The notes beneath the pieces were generated by a model. That model had not been told where the DNA came from and did no database searches. It saw only the letters and a list, made by a program, of their open reading frames with translations. This document shows, piece after piece, positions 9,526-19,090 of a stretch of DNA of 21,827 nt. This stretch comes from Octopus sinensis. Taxonomy: Eukaryota. Location of the stretch: positions 1-21,827 of the forward strand of contig NW_021823619.1 of assembly GCF_006345805.1 (NCBI RefSeq). Direction: 5' to 3'. A program made the position numbers and the translations under genes. Every line of letters starts with the position of its first letter. Position 1 is the first letter of the stretch.

Positions 9526-9667
9526 GGTATTCTCTCTATACGATATCAAAACAAATAATGCGAAACAAAATTTCAAATCTCGGCCCATTGATACGCATAT
9601 GAAACGTAATGAAATATCGAGGACAAAAAAGGCAGGTTCACACGGAACACAAACGCAGGTGCATATA

Positions 9668-9730
9668 CGAGGGGAGGGGCTGAAAAGTTCCTGGCTTTAA
9701 GAGTGTCAGGAACTTTTCAGTATCCCCTCA
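9668..9730. mobile_element. 63-bp mariner-type mini-MITE (two nearly abutting TIRs, TA flanks)
   Basis: TA|CGAGGGG...CTGAAAAGTTCCTG-13 nt-CAGGAACTTTTCAG...CCCCTCA|TA. Perfect 14-bp inverted core; TACGAGGG-type terminus and TA duplication are typical of mariner. Confidence 0.8.
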
Positions 9731-9850
9731 TACCTACTAACTCAACCACATACTTACAAACCTCAGGAACTACCTTGACTCCAAAAGCCTTGTCACTTTG
9801 TTAGTGACCAGCTTCAACTACAAGAACTTAAATAATTCTCATAGAAGATG

Positions 9851-10230
9851 ACTCTCTCTTTACTCTTTTACTCTTTTACTTGTTTCAGTCATTTGACTGC
9901 GGCAATGCTGGAGCACCACCTTTTAGTACTTATTCTATCGGTCTCCTTTTGCCGAACCGCCAAGTGACGGGGACGCAAACATACCAGCATCGGTTGTCAA
10001 GCAATGCTAGGGGGACAAACACAGACACACAAACACACACAAGCATATACATATATATACATATATACGACAGGCCTCCTTCAGTTTCCGTCTACCAAAT
10101 CCACTCACAAGGCATTGGTCGGCCCGGGGCTATAGCAGAAAACACCTGCCCAAGGTGCCACGCAGTGGGACTGAACCCGCAACCGTGTGGTTGGTTAGCA
10201 AGCTACTTACCACACAGCCACTCCTACGCC
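9851..10230 (-). mobile_element. SINE family A, full 5' end, ~41-bp internal deletion
   Basis: Minus strand begins GGCGTAGGAGTGGCTGTGTGGTAAG, B-box-like GGTTCAGTCCC, tail (AGTAAAAG)n. Confidence 0.92.
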
Positions 10231-10334
10231 TTCATGTTATCTAATTTCCAACGAAAGAGTCTTGTTTCTATGTTAGAAACCGGCTCTTTATCCATTGCTG
10301 AGGAAAGTCGAAGATAACTAAGAACAAACCAAGA

Positions 10335-10431
10335 ACACACGCACACACACGCACGCACACGTAAACGCGTACGTAGATATTCGCACAGATACATCCATTC
10401 ACACAGATACATCCATTCACACATTTACATG

Positions 10432-10477
<46 letters not shown>

Positions 10478-10573
10478 TGTTTTATGTATTTTATACATAT
10501 TTCTCTCTCTCTACCTCTTTCTCTCTCTCTCCTTCTTTCAATCTCTCTCTGCATATATATATATATAAATAAA

Positions 10574-10613
<40 letters not shown>

Positions 10614-10643
10614 TATGTATATATATGTATATGTGTATGTATG

Positions 10644-10710
<67 letters not shown>

Positions 10711-10714
10711 GTAC

Positions 10715-10793
<79 letters not shown>

Positions 10794-10815
10794 CTACACA
10801 TGTAGTTAATTATAC

Positions 10816-10852
<37 letters not shown>

Positions 10853-10895
10853 TGCATACACAGATAAATACATGCACACACAAACATACACACAC
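10335..10895. repeat. Compound microsatellite cluster (CA)n/(TG)n/(CT)n/(TA)n, including an 18-bp tandem duplication near 10384-10421
   Basis: Seen directly in the sequence. Confidence 0.95.
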
Positions 10896-10950
10896 ACTGC
10901 TACCAGAATGTATTATCAACAAGACAAGTGAAATATGATTTATGAAATAC

Positions 10951-10971
10951 CCGGATTCACGTGACTTCCGG
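10951..10971. promoter_or_regulatory. Candidate composite ETS / E-box element
   Basis: CCGGATTCACGTGACTTCCGG: TCACGTGAC (USF/TFE-type E-box) overlapping ACTTCCGG (ETS), quasi-palindromic. Motif match only. Confidence 0.3.
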
Positions 10972-11064
10972 CTCCCATATAGCTCTATCGGTACTCCATT
11001 GTTCTTGTATCGTCTGACCTTTTACAAATTTTGCCAAAATCGTGATATTTCTCGCAGAGCAGGT

Positions 11065-12055
11065 GGGTGGTGCTAGTGATGGCGTCGGCGGCGATAAGTG
11101 GCGATGGCAATGATCATGATGGTGGTGGTGGCGGTGATGGTGGTGGTGGTGTGCTTGTGACTAGGGTGGGGAATCATGAAGTGTTTCGTCATTTCACGGT
11201 GACTGTCATAAGATTTGTGATGGAGGGGGTGGTGATCTTGATAGTGTTGGTATTGTGGTTGTTTGAGGATGTGGTATTGGTTCTGATGGTGGTGGTGGTG
11301 GTGGTAGTGGCGGTGGTGGTGGCGCCGGCGGGGGTGGTGATGGTAGTGTTGGTATTGTGGTTGTTTCTAAATGTGGTAGTGGTTCTGATGGTGGTGGTGG
11401 TGGTGGTGGTGGTGGTGGTGAAGGTAGTAGTTCTAATGACAGTTTTGGTGGTCGTCGTGGTTATAACACACTGAGAGTCCTGATTGGTGATGGTGGTGGT
11501 GGTGGTGATAATTGTGTTGGTTGTAGTAGTTCTGATCAGTGTTGTGGAGGTGACGGAGGTGGCGGTGAGGGTGTGATCATCGTGATGGTTGTATTACTTT
11601 TGAAGAAAGACTCGGTGGTAGTTGTGGCGGCGGCGGTGGTGGTGATGGTGGTGGTGATGGTTATGGTGGGAGTTACACTGGTTTCAAAAGTGTCCTGCTC
11701 GTGGTGGAGGCCGTGCCGAGAAGGTCTATTGGGGGTGGTGCTGTTGGTTTTGATGGTGTTTACTGTTGATCTTTTTGTTGCTGTTGCTGTTGTTGTCCTT
11801 TGTGGTGGTCGTGGTGCTAGAGTGATAATTGTTGGAATTATGTTGCTTTTTATGTTGGTATTGTTGATGGTTTTTGTGGTGGTGTTCGCTGATATTGATG
11901 TCAGTGGTTGTTGTTGGTGGTGGTCAGTAAGTCGTGGTAGGGTGAGGGTTAGCATTTGTGATGATGATGTTGTTGATGATAGTAATGATGGTGATGGTGG
12001 TGATGCAGACGGTGGTGGTGTTGGTGATGGTGCCGCTCATGCTGCTGCTGATGTC
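11065..12055. repeat. Degenerate (GGT/GTT/GAT)n low-complexity tract with an internal ~75-bp duplication
   Basis: Trinucleotide-biased sequence; 11229-11305 is repeated at 11334-11410. Confidence 0.85.
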
Positions 12056-12336
12056 GGGTTATTTTTGTTTAACAAAATATCATTTATTCAATTAGATTGA
12101 TTTTATCATTTCCTGTTGTGTTCATCTATCGATGATCATGACACTTTACTGTCGTTTCACGGTAGAGAGTCGAGGCTTGATGTTTCGAATCCTGTAACGG
12201 ACGCCACCGCATTATTTGTCCTCGCAACCAAGACACTCAAAACCTAAGGTAGTCAGATAAATTCGTTCGTTTTGTTTTACGCCGTTGATTTTAATCTTTT
12301 CCAATGTTGTTGCATTTACACAAAAATATTTTTATC

Positions 12337-12370
12337 GCAGACGTGGTTGTGTGGTAAGAAGCTTGCTTCC
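12337..12370 (+). mobile_element. Isolated 5' head of SINE family A, truncated before the B box
   Basis: gcagacgtggttgtgtggtaagaagcttgcttcc matches the head of the 15710 copy (ataggcgtgactgtgtggttagaagcttacttccc). Confidence 0.75.
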
Positions 12371-13702
12371 ACAAGAAGGTTGCTTCTGCGCATGTACGAG
12401 TAAGTGTGGTGTTTGGCACCGAAGCGGAGAGACGTGCTTTTGAAGCCGTCTCGAATTGAAACATTTTCAAGCTCCACTGTAAGGTAGGATTCTTGTATTT
12501 TGGGTCCAGTGGGAATTTTTTTTGTTTTGCGGCAATTTTTTTTTTTGTACAAGCAGGAAGTCCTACTGGATTCTAAATTCTGGTCTACCTGCAGTGGAGC
12601 GAATTTTTTTCCTCATTTAATTGTGAGTAATGTTGCTTGGAGGAGAATTTGTTCACTTCTTGCGAATTTTAAAAATAACTGTGAGAATTGCTGTTTTGGG
12701 GGAGTGTTTGCCTCCGAAGATTGAACGATTTATATACCAGTTTTTGTGGAAGTTCTGTTCCAGTTGTGGCGTTCCGGGTTCAACCTCGGCCGGGAGTACC
12801 GAATGGCCGGGAGACTTTTTTGCTGTGTTTTTGAACTATTGACTTTCTTTCTTCTAAACTTTATTTGACTTTCTTTTTTCGTGAATTGTTTTCCTTTTCT
12901 TTTTTCCATTTTATTGTGACTTTCTTTTGATTTATTTTTTTCTTCTCTCTTTTTAAGTTTTATTTTGAACTATTTTCGAACAGTTAAACAAAACATGGCA
13001 ATAAAAGAAGACAATGTTTTAGAGTGGGAGATTGTATCACCCAAACAGTGGTTGAAAGTCCGTGAAGATAGGACGGTGGTGTTGAGGACCTACTCTAAGT
13101 CACTCGACACCATCGTCTTATTCGAAAAGACTGTAATTGAAAAGTAGTTCACAGAGTATTTGCCAACAATTAAATTCATTTCCAGGGGTGTCAAATACGC
13201 AACGGTGTTTGTTGCTATGTGACACCCCTGAAGAGGCTCCCAAATTTACGAGCCAGCCCTTGGAGGGCGTGGAAATTTTGTTTCTTCCCACGTATTGTGG
13301 GAGAAGGTGGACGAGAGCTTGAGCCTGCGGATTTCCACCCGGGATAAAACCCGAGTGGATAGAGGAGACTATCCGCCGGGGTCTGGGTGGAAGCAGAGCC
13401 AAGCTCCCTAATGTGAAAGTTTTTCCTGCGGCTGATTGGGTTGGGTCAAAAGCTGTTTTGACCCTTTTGACCCCATCAGCCAATCTGGTTTTTCCAGATT
13501 TTAAAAAAATGGCCGGGTGCAGGTATCCGGTGATTGTTGAGGGTCGCCCGCACCCCCAGTTGTAATCGGTGCCTGGAGCCTGGCCATATAACAAAGTAAG
13601 GTCTTGGAGCAGTAAGTTGAGACCTCTGTAGAAGAGGAAACGAAGGCGGCCGAGGAGGCGGAGGACTCCTCAAAGAGGGGCCGCAAGAGGAAGAAGGTGA
13701 GC
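12371..13702 (+). mobile_element. 5' portion (probable 5' UTR plus ORF1) of an L1/Tx1-clade LINE, 3' part missing
   Basis: About 620-bp leader with a long T-rich tract, then an ATG in good context (AAACATGG) and a degenerate ORF1. The 5' boundary is inferred from the junction with the SINE head. Confidence 0.65.
12995..13702 (+). pseudogene. L1/Tx1-type ORF1p pseudogene (putative RRM-like region, CCHC knuckle, basic NLS-like patch)
   Basis: MAIKEDNVLEWEIVSPKQWLKVREDRTVVLRTY...*...GFPPGIKPEWIEETI...VIVEGRP / C-N-R-C-LEPG-H-ITK* (13561-13599) / EEETKAAEEAEDSSKRGRKRKK. Several stops and frameshifts; last knuckle Cys is missing. Confidence 0.7.
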
Positions 13703-13726
13703 ATATATATATATGTATGTATGTAT

Positions 13727-14965
13727 GTATTTACAGAAAACAAAGGACGAAGGCAGGTGTAAGAACAGCAAGCATGTGTATTAGTTTACCGCTCGGGAAA
13801 AATTACGTTTCGAGCTCTCACGCTCTTTGATAGAAAGTATTAAGAGGAAAAAAAAGGAGAGTGGATGAAAAAAAAAAGCAGAGAGTAAACAAGTATTTAA
13901 GGACTCACGTTTCAACATGACTGAATAGTCAGAAGAGGGTTGAATGAGAGGGAGATAGTTACGGTGATCCGGCCGAACGAATTTATTCTCTCACGCGCGT
14001 GTGTTTGTTAGAATGGTGTGTGTGAGTGTGTATGTATGAATTGAGGTGAGTGTAGGAGTATGTATTTGTGAGCGAACTGAAAAATACATTGACCTTTGTG
14101 TGTATATGTGTGTAAGTGTCCCAGTGCGTATATTATGTGGAATGATATGCGTTACATGTACTGGTATGCATGAGGGTGTGCATATGGACATATGTACGTA
14201 TGTGTGCAGTTATCCTCTGTGTGTAGAGTGATGTGCGCTTTGTGTATTTGTGTGCGCGCGAGTGCAAATACTTGTGTATAGCAGTTAATATGTGCTTGTT
14301 CAGGTAGTGTGTGCATGTGTGCATGTATGTGTGTGACTGTGTATAGTATATGTATGTGGGCGAAAGTTACCTATGTCTGTGCGTGTTGCGTGTGTGTATA
14401 TATATTGTCTATGTTCACGCATAATGTGCTTGCGTGGGTGTGGGATTGTGTGTGGTGTATGTGCTGAGTTGAACAGTGTGTAGGGATGCCCGTATAGGGT
14501 ATATGTGTGAATGCTTTTGAAGGGTGTGTGAACAAATGGTGTGTAGATATGTGGATAATGGAGTGTGATGCGGGTGCTGAGAAGTGTTGGGTGCGAGTTT
14601 GTCTGGAGTGGGAAGGTGTTTGTAGGTGTGTGTGTAATGGTGTGTGAAGTGAGTAATGAGTTGAACAGTGGGGTGGAAAGTTGTTTGTGTGTGTGTGTGT
14701 AATGGTGTGTGAAGTGAGTAATGAGTTATGTAGTGGTGTGTGGTGAGAGTAATGAGGTAGGCGAAATGCAGGTGTGTGCGGAGAGGGGCATGTGAATGTG
14801 GGTGGTATGTGGGAATCTGTGTGAGGTGGAGTCAGTTGAAGTGAGGTAGCAAATGAACGAAGGGAGAAGATTAATCTTGTTCACGGCGAAGGCGAGAGTC
14901 CGGGTGGCCCTTGTGCAGAGATAATCCAAACACGGACAGATGTTGTAGCAAATGACCGGTAGAGT
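13727..14965 (-). mobile_element. 3' end of a Penelope-like element: GIY-YIG C-terminus, CA-rich 3' region, terminal-repeat-like end with hammerhead-like cores
   Basis: Minus 14957-14847 reads GHLLQHLSVFGLSLHKGHPDSRLRREQ/LIFSLRSFA, the PLE endonuclease C-terminal pattern. GAAACGT-containing hammerhead-like cores sit at 13902-13932 and 13805-13837. Treating the whole span as one element is inferred. Confidence 0.65.
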
Positions 14966-14969
14966 GTAC

Positions 14970-14994
14970 GTGTACGTGTGTGTATGTATGTGTC

Positions 14995-15047
<53 letters not shown>

Positions 15048-15090
15048 TATATTAATATATATATAATAATAAGTTTGTATATAAATATAT
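14970..15090. repeat. (TG)n/(TA)n microsatellite
   Basis: Seen directly in the sequence. Confidence 0.9.
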
Positions 15091-15709
15091 AGGTGTATAT
15101 GTACTTTGAGAGAAAGGTTGTCAGAATTTTAGAAAAAATCTTTGTTCTTTCTTCATTATTATTATTATTAGCGTTTGCGTTCGTTTCTGGAACTTGTCAA
15201 ATAGAATTTTCTGAATGTACAAACAGCTTATACATTTATATAAAACAGATGCTTCTTTTTAGGGTGGGGGGTTAGAAGAGGAGAATATTGTTTTTGTGTT
15301 TGGAGGTGATGTTCCATGTCAATAGAGATACATAGATAGAAATATACGTATGTAGATAGGTTGATAGATAGATAATCAGACAGATAGCTAGATAGATTGA
15401 TAGAGAGAGGGATATGGAGAAGGGGGAACCCCACTTCCTAATCACCATTCATTTAATTATTTAGTCATTTATCAATTATTAGAATGGGTTTAAGTATGGT
15501 GACCCCTTCAAAAAAAGTGATGTGGTCATCACTGAATCTTTTTTGCTTTCTTTCTCTCTCCCTCTTTTCTTCTCTTCTTTGTTTTCCCTTTTCCTCCTTT
15601 TTCTCCTCTTTCCTTCATTTTTTTTTTGTCTTTGAGTTATATTTAGAATACAAAATATACTTGTCTGCAAACACAGACAATGAGTTTCCGTACTGTTTCT
15701 GTCCACTAT

Positions 15710-16125
15710 ATAGGCGTGACTGTGTGGTTAGAAGCTTACTTCCCAACCACATGGTTCCGGGTTCAGTCCCACGGCGTGACACCTCGGGAAGGTGTTTTCT
15801 ACCATAGCCTTGGGCCAACCAAATGGTTGTGTGTGTATTTGGTAGAGGGAAACTGAAAGAAGTCCTTCTACATATATACATACACTCACATATATATACA
15901 CATACATATGCGTGTGTGTGTGTGTGTGTGTGTGTGTGCTTGTCCAGCTGCCAGCGCTTGACAACAAGTTTTGATATATTCGCATCTTCGTAACTTACCT
16001 GTTCGACAAAAGAAATCGATCGAATAAATACCAGTACTGCGGTAGATTCATTCGACTAAAAGTTCTTCAAGGCGATGCCCCAGCATGTCCGCAGTCTAAT
16101 GACTGAAACAAGCATAAGAAAAATA
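15710..16125 (+). mobile_element. SINE family A, older/diverged subfamily copy
   Basis: ataggcgtgactgtgtggttagaagc...ggttcagtccc...ggaaactgaaagaag...microsatellite...aatgactgaaacaagc. Confidence 0.88.
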
Positions 16126-16319
16126 AAATTCTAAGACATTCGTCAGCCGAGCATCACGCTGCTAAAATCTTGTACAATCTACCACAGCGCAGGACTGATC
16201 CCGAAACCACTAATTCCCGCAATATACGTCTGTTAGTGCGGCTAAAATATCATCTGTAACCTCGGACTTTTCTCTCCCCTTCTCAGAAGAACAAAACATA
16301 ATATTGCGACACACCACGC

Positions 16320-16529
16320 TTATGAGTTGATTAAATGAATGTTCAGTATCTTGACTTTATTAAATTCTTTGAAAATTGTTTTAAAAGAATTTGTTGAAGT
16401 ACCACCAAATTGATGCCTAAATGCTATAATAGCTTCTCCTTTGTTGCAAACCTCCAATATTTTCTTTATCTTTAAAGAATTCTTTAAATGATTACTGTTA
16501 TTGGTATTATTAGTTACAACAGCTTCCAT
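16320..16529 (-). pseudogene. Possible pogo/Tigger (CENP-B-type) transposase N-terminal HTH remnant
   Basis: SLKIKKILEVCNKGEAIIAFRHQFGGTSTNSFKTIFKEFNKVK resembles the psq-type HTH pattern K..I.E...KGE....I...FG......TI.K...K. Only 69 aa; no downstream DDE domain seen. Confidence 0.4.
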
Positions 16530-16649
16530 TTATAGTCAGATACTCGTTATCACTGTTTGTGGTAGCCATTTTTCTTTTACATTTGATATGAATTTATTGA
16601 ATAAGAAAAGATATTAGAAATAACAGCAGATGACGTAAGTCATTGACAG

Positions 16650-16720
16650 CAAAAACAACAACAATAACAACAGCAACATCATCATCATCATCATCATCAT
16701 CATCAACAACAACAACAATA
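16650..16720. repeat. (AAC)n(ATC)n(AAC)n microsatellite
   Basis: Seen directly in the sequence. Confidence 0.9.
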
Positions 16721-16767
16721 GTATTTCCGGGCGCATAGCTTCAACTTTGCCGTATTAAATGAAAACT

Positions 16768-16834
16768 TTTGGGATGTGTGTAGACACGGAGATATAATTA
16801 TATAATTTGGGATGTGTGTAGACACGGAGATATA
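16768..16834. repeat. Perfect 29-bp direct duplication (period 38)
   Basis: TTTGGGATGTGTGTAGACACGGAGATATA at 16768-16796 and 16806-16834. Confidence 0.95.
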
Positions 16835-16840
16835 CTTATT

Positions 16841-16930
16841 TGAAGTTCGTTTCGTAAACAACTAGTTCTAGGTTCGATCCAATTCGGCGCCACGTTGGGC
16901 AAGAGTCTGCTTCCACAACGCAAGAGCTCC
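16841..16930 (+). mobile_element. Highly degenerate family A-like SINE head
   Basis: B-box GGTTCGATCC followed by CORE-like gttgggcaagagtc; order is colinear with family A heads. Confidence 0.4.
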
Positions 16931-16946
16931 GAGATGATTGATAACG

Positions 16947-17071
16947 TGTATGCATGTATGTATGCATACTTGTATGTATGTATGTATGTATGTATGTATG
17001 TATGTATGTATGTACGTATGTATGTACGTATGTATGTATGTATGTATGTATGTATGTATGTATGTATGTAT
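16947..17071. repeat. (TATG)n microsatellite
   Basis: Seen directly in the sequence. Confidence 0.95.
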
Positions 17072-17243
17072 GAGAGAAAGAGTGGTGAAGGAGTACAGCA
17101 GGGATCACCACCCCCTGCCGGAGCGTCGTGGAGCTTTTAGGTGTTTTCGCTCAATAAACACTCACAACGCCCGGTCTGGGAATCGAAACCGCGATCCTAC
17201 GACCGCGAGTCCGCTGCCCTAACCACTAGGGGCCATTGCGCCT

Positions 17244-17245
<2 letters not shown>
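17072..17245 (-). mobile_element. tRNA-derived SINE family C, 5' half only
   Basis: Minus strand GGAGGCGCAATGGCCCCTAGTGGTTAGGGCAGCGGACTCGCGG...GTTTCGATTCC; near-identical to 21205-21371. Confidence 0.88.
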
Positions 17246-17276
<31 letters not shown>

Positions 17277-17360
17277 ATAATATATATATATATACAGATA
17301 TATATATAATGCATACACACATAATATATATATATATGCATGTATGTATGTATAATGCAT

Positions 17361-17394
<34 letters not shown>

Positions 17395-17460
17395 CTATAT
17401 ATATAAATATATACCACACACATATATGTGTGTGTGTGTGTATGTGTGGTGCGTGTGTGT
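17246..17460. repeat. Compound (CA)n/(TA)n/(TG)n microsatellite
   Basis: Seen directly in the sequence. Confidence 0.9.
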
Positions 17461-18068
17461 GTACTTAAAACATGTGCAAGTCTTCAAATATTGTAACACG
17501 TTTTAAGACATCTGTATGGTGCCAGTATCAATAAAGAATCAACAGCAATCATATTAGCGACGAAATAATCTTCTCTTGCAGACATTCTGTAGATTTCTTA
17601 ATTCTATGAAGACGCAAACGTATTCTAAATAATTCTCGGTTCTCCGAACCCGACACCGCCCAAAAGATTAGCTAATGATATCCGTCTCATGTTCAGTTCT
17701 TTCCTAATATGTTCGCAAGAAAACAATTTTATATATTTACACAGTCTTTACCAATTTCCACTCACAAGCACTTGACGGTTCAATACACGAAAATCAAGAA
17801 GGTTGATTGATCGAGCTGTTACATTTGCTACAACTTCTGTGATCAAATTCTACAGTATCGGTGGATTTCGTCGAAGAATCGAAGTATCAGTGTAAGCTTC
17901 GACAAACAGCAACAGATCTTATTTCGATAATAGGTCAGTAGATAAGTTCAGCGTAGGATTTCCACTATTTAAACTTGTCAACCGGATGGGTAATACGTTT
18001 GTAATCTGCATGGACAGCCATGGCAGGGTACATAAACGGAATTCTGTATTCGTTTTATTATTGATAGA

Positions 18069-18526
18069 CTAGCATAAGGTGACCCGCACTACGCGCGGGT
18101 GAGGTTATGGTTGTTACTTTCTGTTACTTCCTTTCTGTTTCTTATCGCCACATTCCCCCTCTTTGTTTCTCACTTCCCATTCTGCTACTCTTCCTTTCTC
18201 TCTGACTCTCCCTCGCTTTCTCTTACTCTTTCTATCTCTCTGCCATTTATAACAAAGTAGATTTCCGCGTTTAAATTACAAATCCGCTTCCACTTTGCCA
18301 TGTTGAAAATTTGATTGAAATCTGGCAAAAGGTGTCCCCTAAAATAAATAAAATCCCAGTTTTCACACCAAAACAACCACTGTAGTGCCCCAAAACGTCT
18401 CCCAATCGATTTCCCACCTCAAGTTACCCACTCCTGTGAATTTTATTCTCCTTCCAGTCCCGTGTAGACCCCCTTTTTACATAAAAATCCAATTTGTATC
18501 AACGTTCGCCTACTTCATTTTATAGA
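18069..18526 (-). mobile_element. Probable non-autonomous Helitron
   Basis: Minus strand: A|TCTATAAAA 5' end. The 3' end is a GC-rich hairpin CCCGCGC-GTA-GTGCGGG, then 10 nt, then CTAG|T. A/T insertion site, no TSD. The 5' end could alternatively be at 18535. Confidence 0.6.
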
Positions 18527-18704
18527 TTAGACAGATATACTGGGCTTGCTCGGGATTAAAATAGTTTATTATTATTTTACTTGTTTCGGCACATTTTAAA
18601 CGATGAGGAATTTTGCCCTAGAGGCGATGCCTTTCAATTGAGTTAACTCAAAGTTGCCATGCAAACTCGGTAGCATTTTTAACATAGGTGTGCATATTTT
18701 CATC

Positions 18705-19035
18705 TGAATCCGATCACATATACACACATTATATATACATACGCATTAAATATGTACATATATACGCATTATATATACATGTCTACACACACACACATAC
18801 ATATATATATCTACACACATATATAAAAATATATACATTATATATATATACATATATATGTATAATACATATATATTTATATATATATATAGATATATGT
18901 ATCACATTATATTTTATATATATATTTATACATACATATTTATAATATATATATATGTATACACATTATATATATGTATATATACATATATATGTATATA
19001 TACATATATATGTATATATACATATATATTATATA

Positions 19036-19072
<37 letters not shown>

Positions 19073-19090
19073 ACACATTATATATATGGT
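18705..19090. repeat. Degenerate (TA)n/(TACA)n array with 18-bp higher-order units near 18968-19030
   Basis: Seen directly in the sequence. Confidence 0.9.

Noticed and set aside
9735-9850. LRNYLDSKSL, reminiscent of a mariner transposase C-terminus, next to the MITE
   Set aside because: Too short, and it lies outside the TIRs.
16768-16834. CRISPR-like repeat-spacer-repeat
   Set aside because: Only two repeats with a 9-nt spacer, in a eukaryotic context with no cas genes.
17170-17245. tRNA gene call for SINE heads (also 21300-21371, 10150-10230)
   Set aside because: A and B boxes are present, but there is no complete cloverleaf and the sequence continues into the SINE body.
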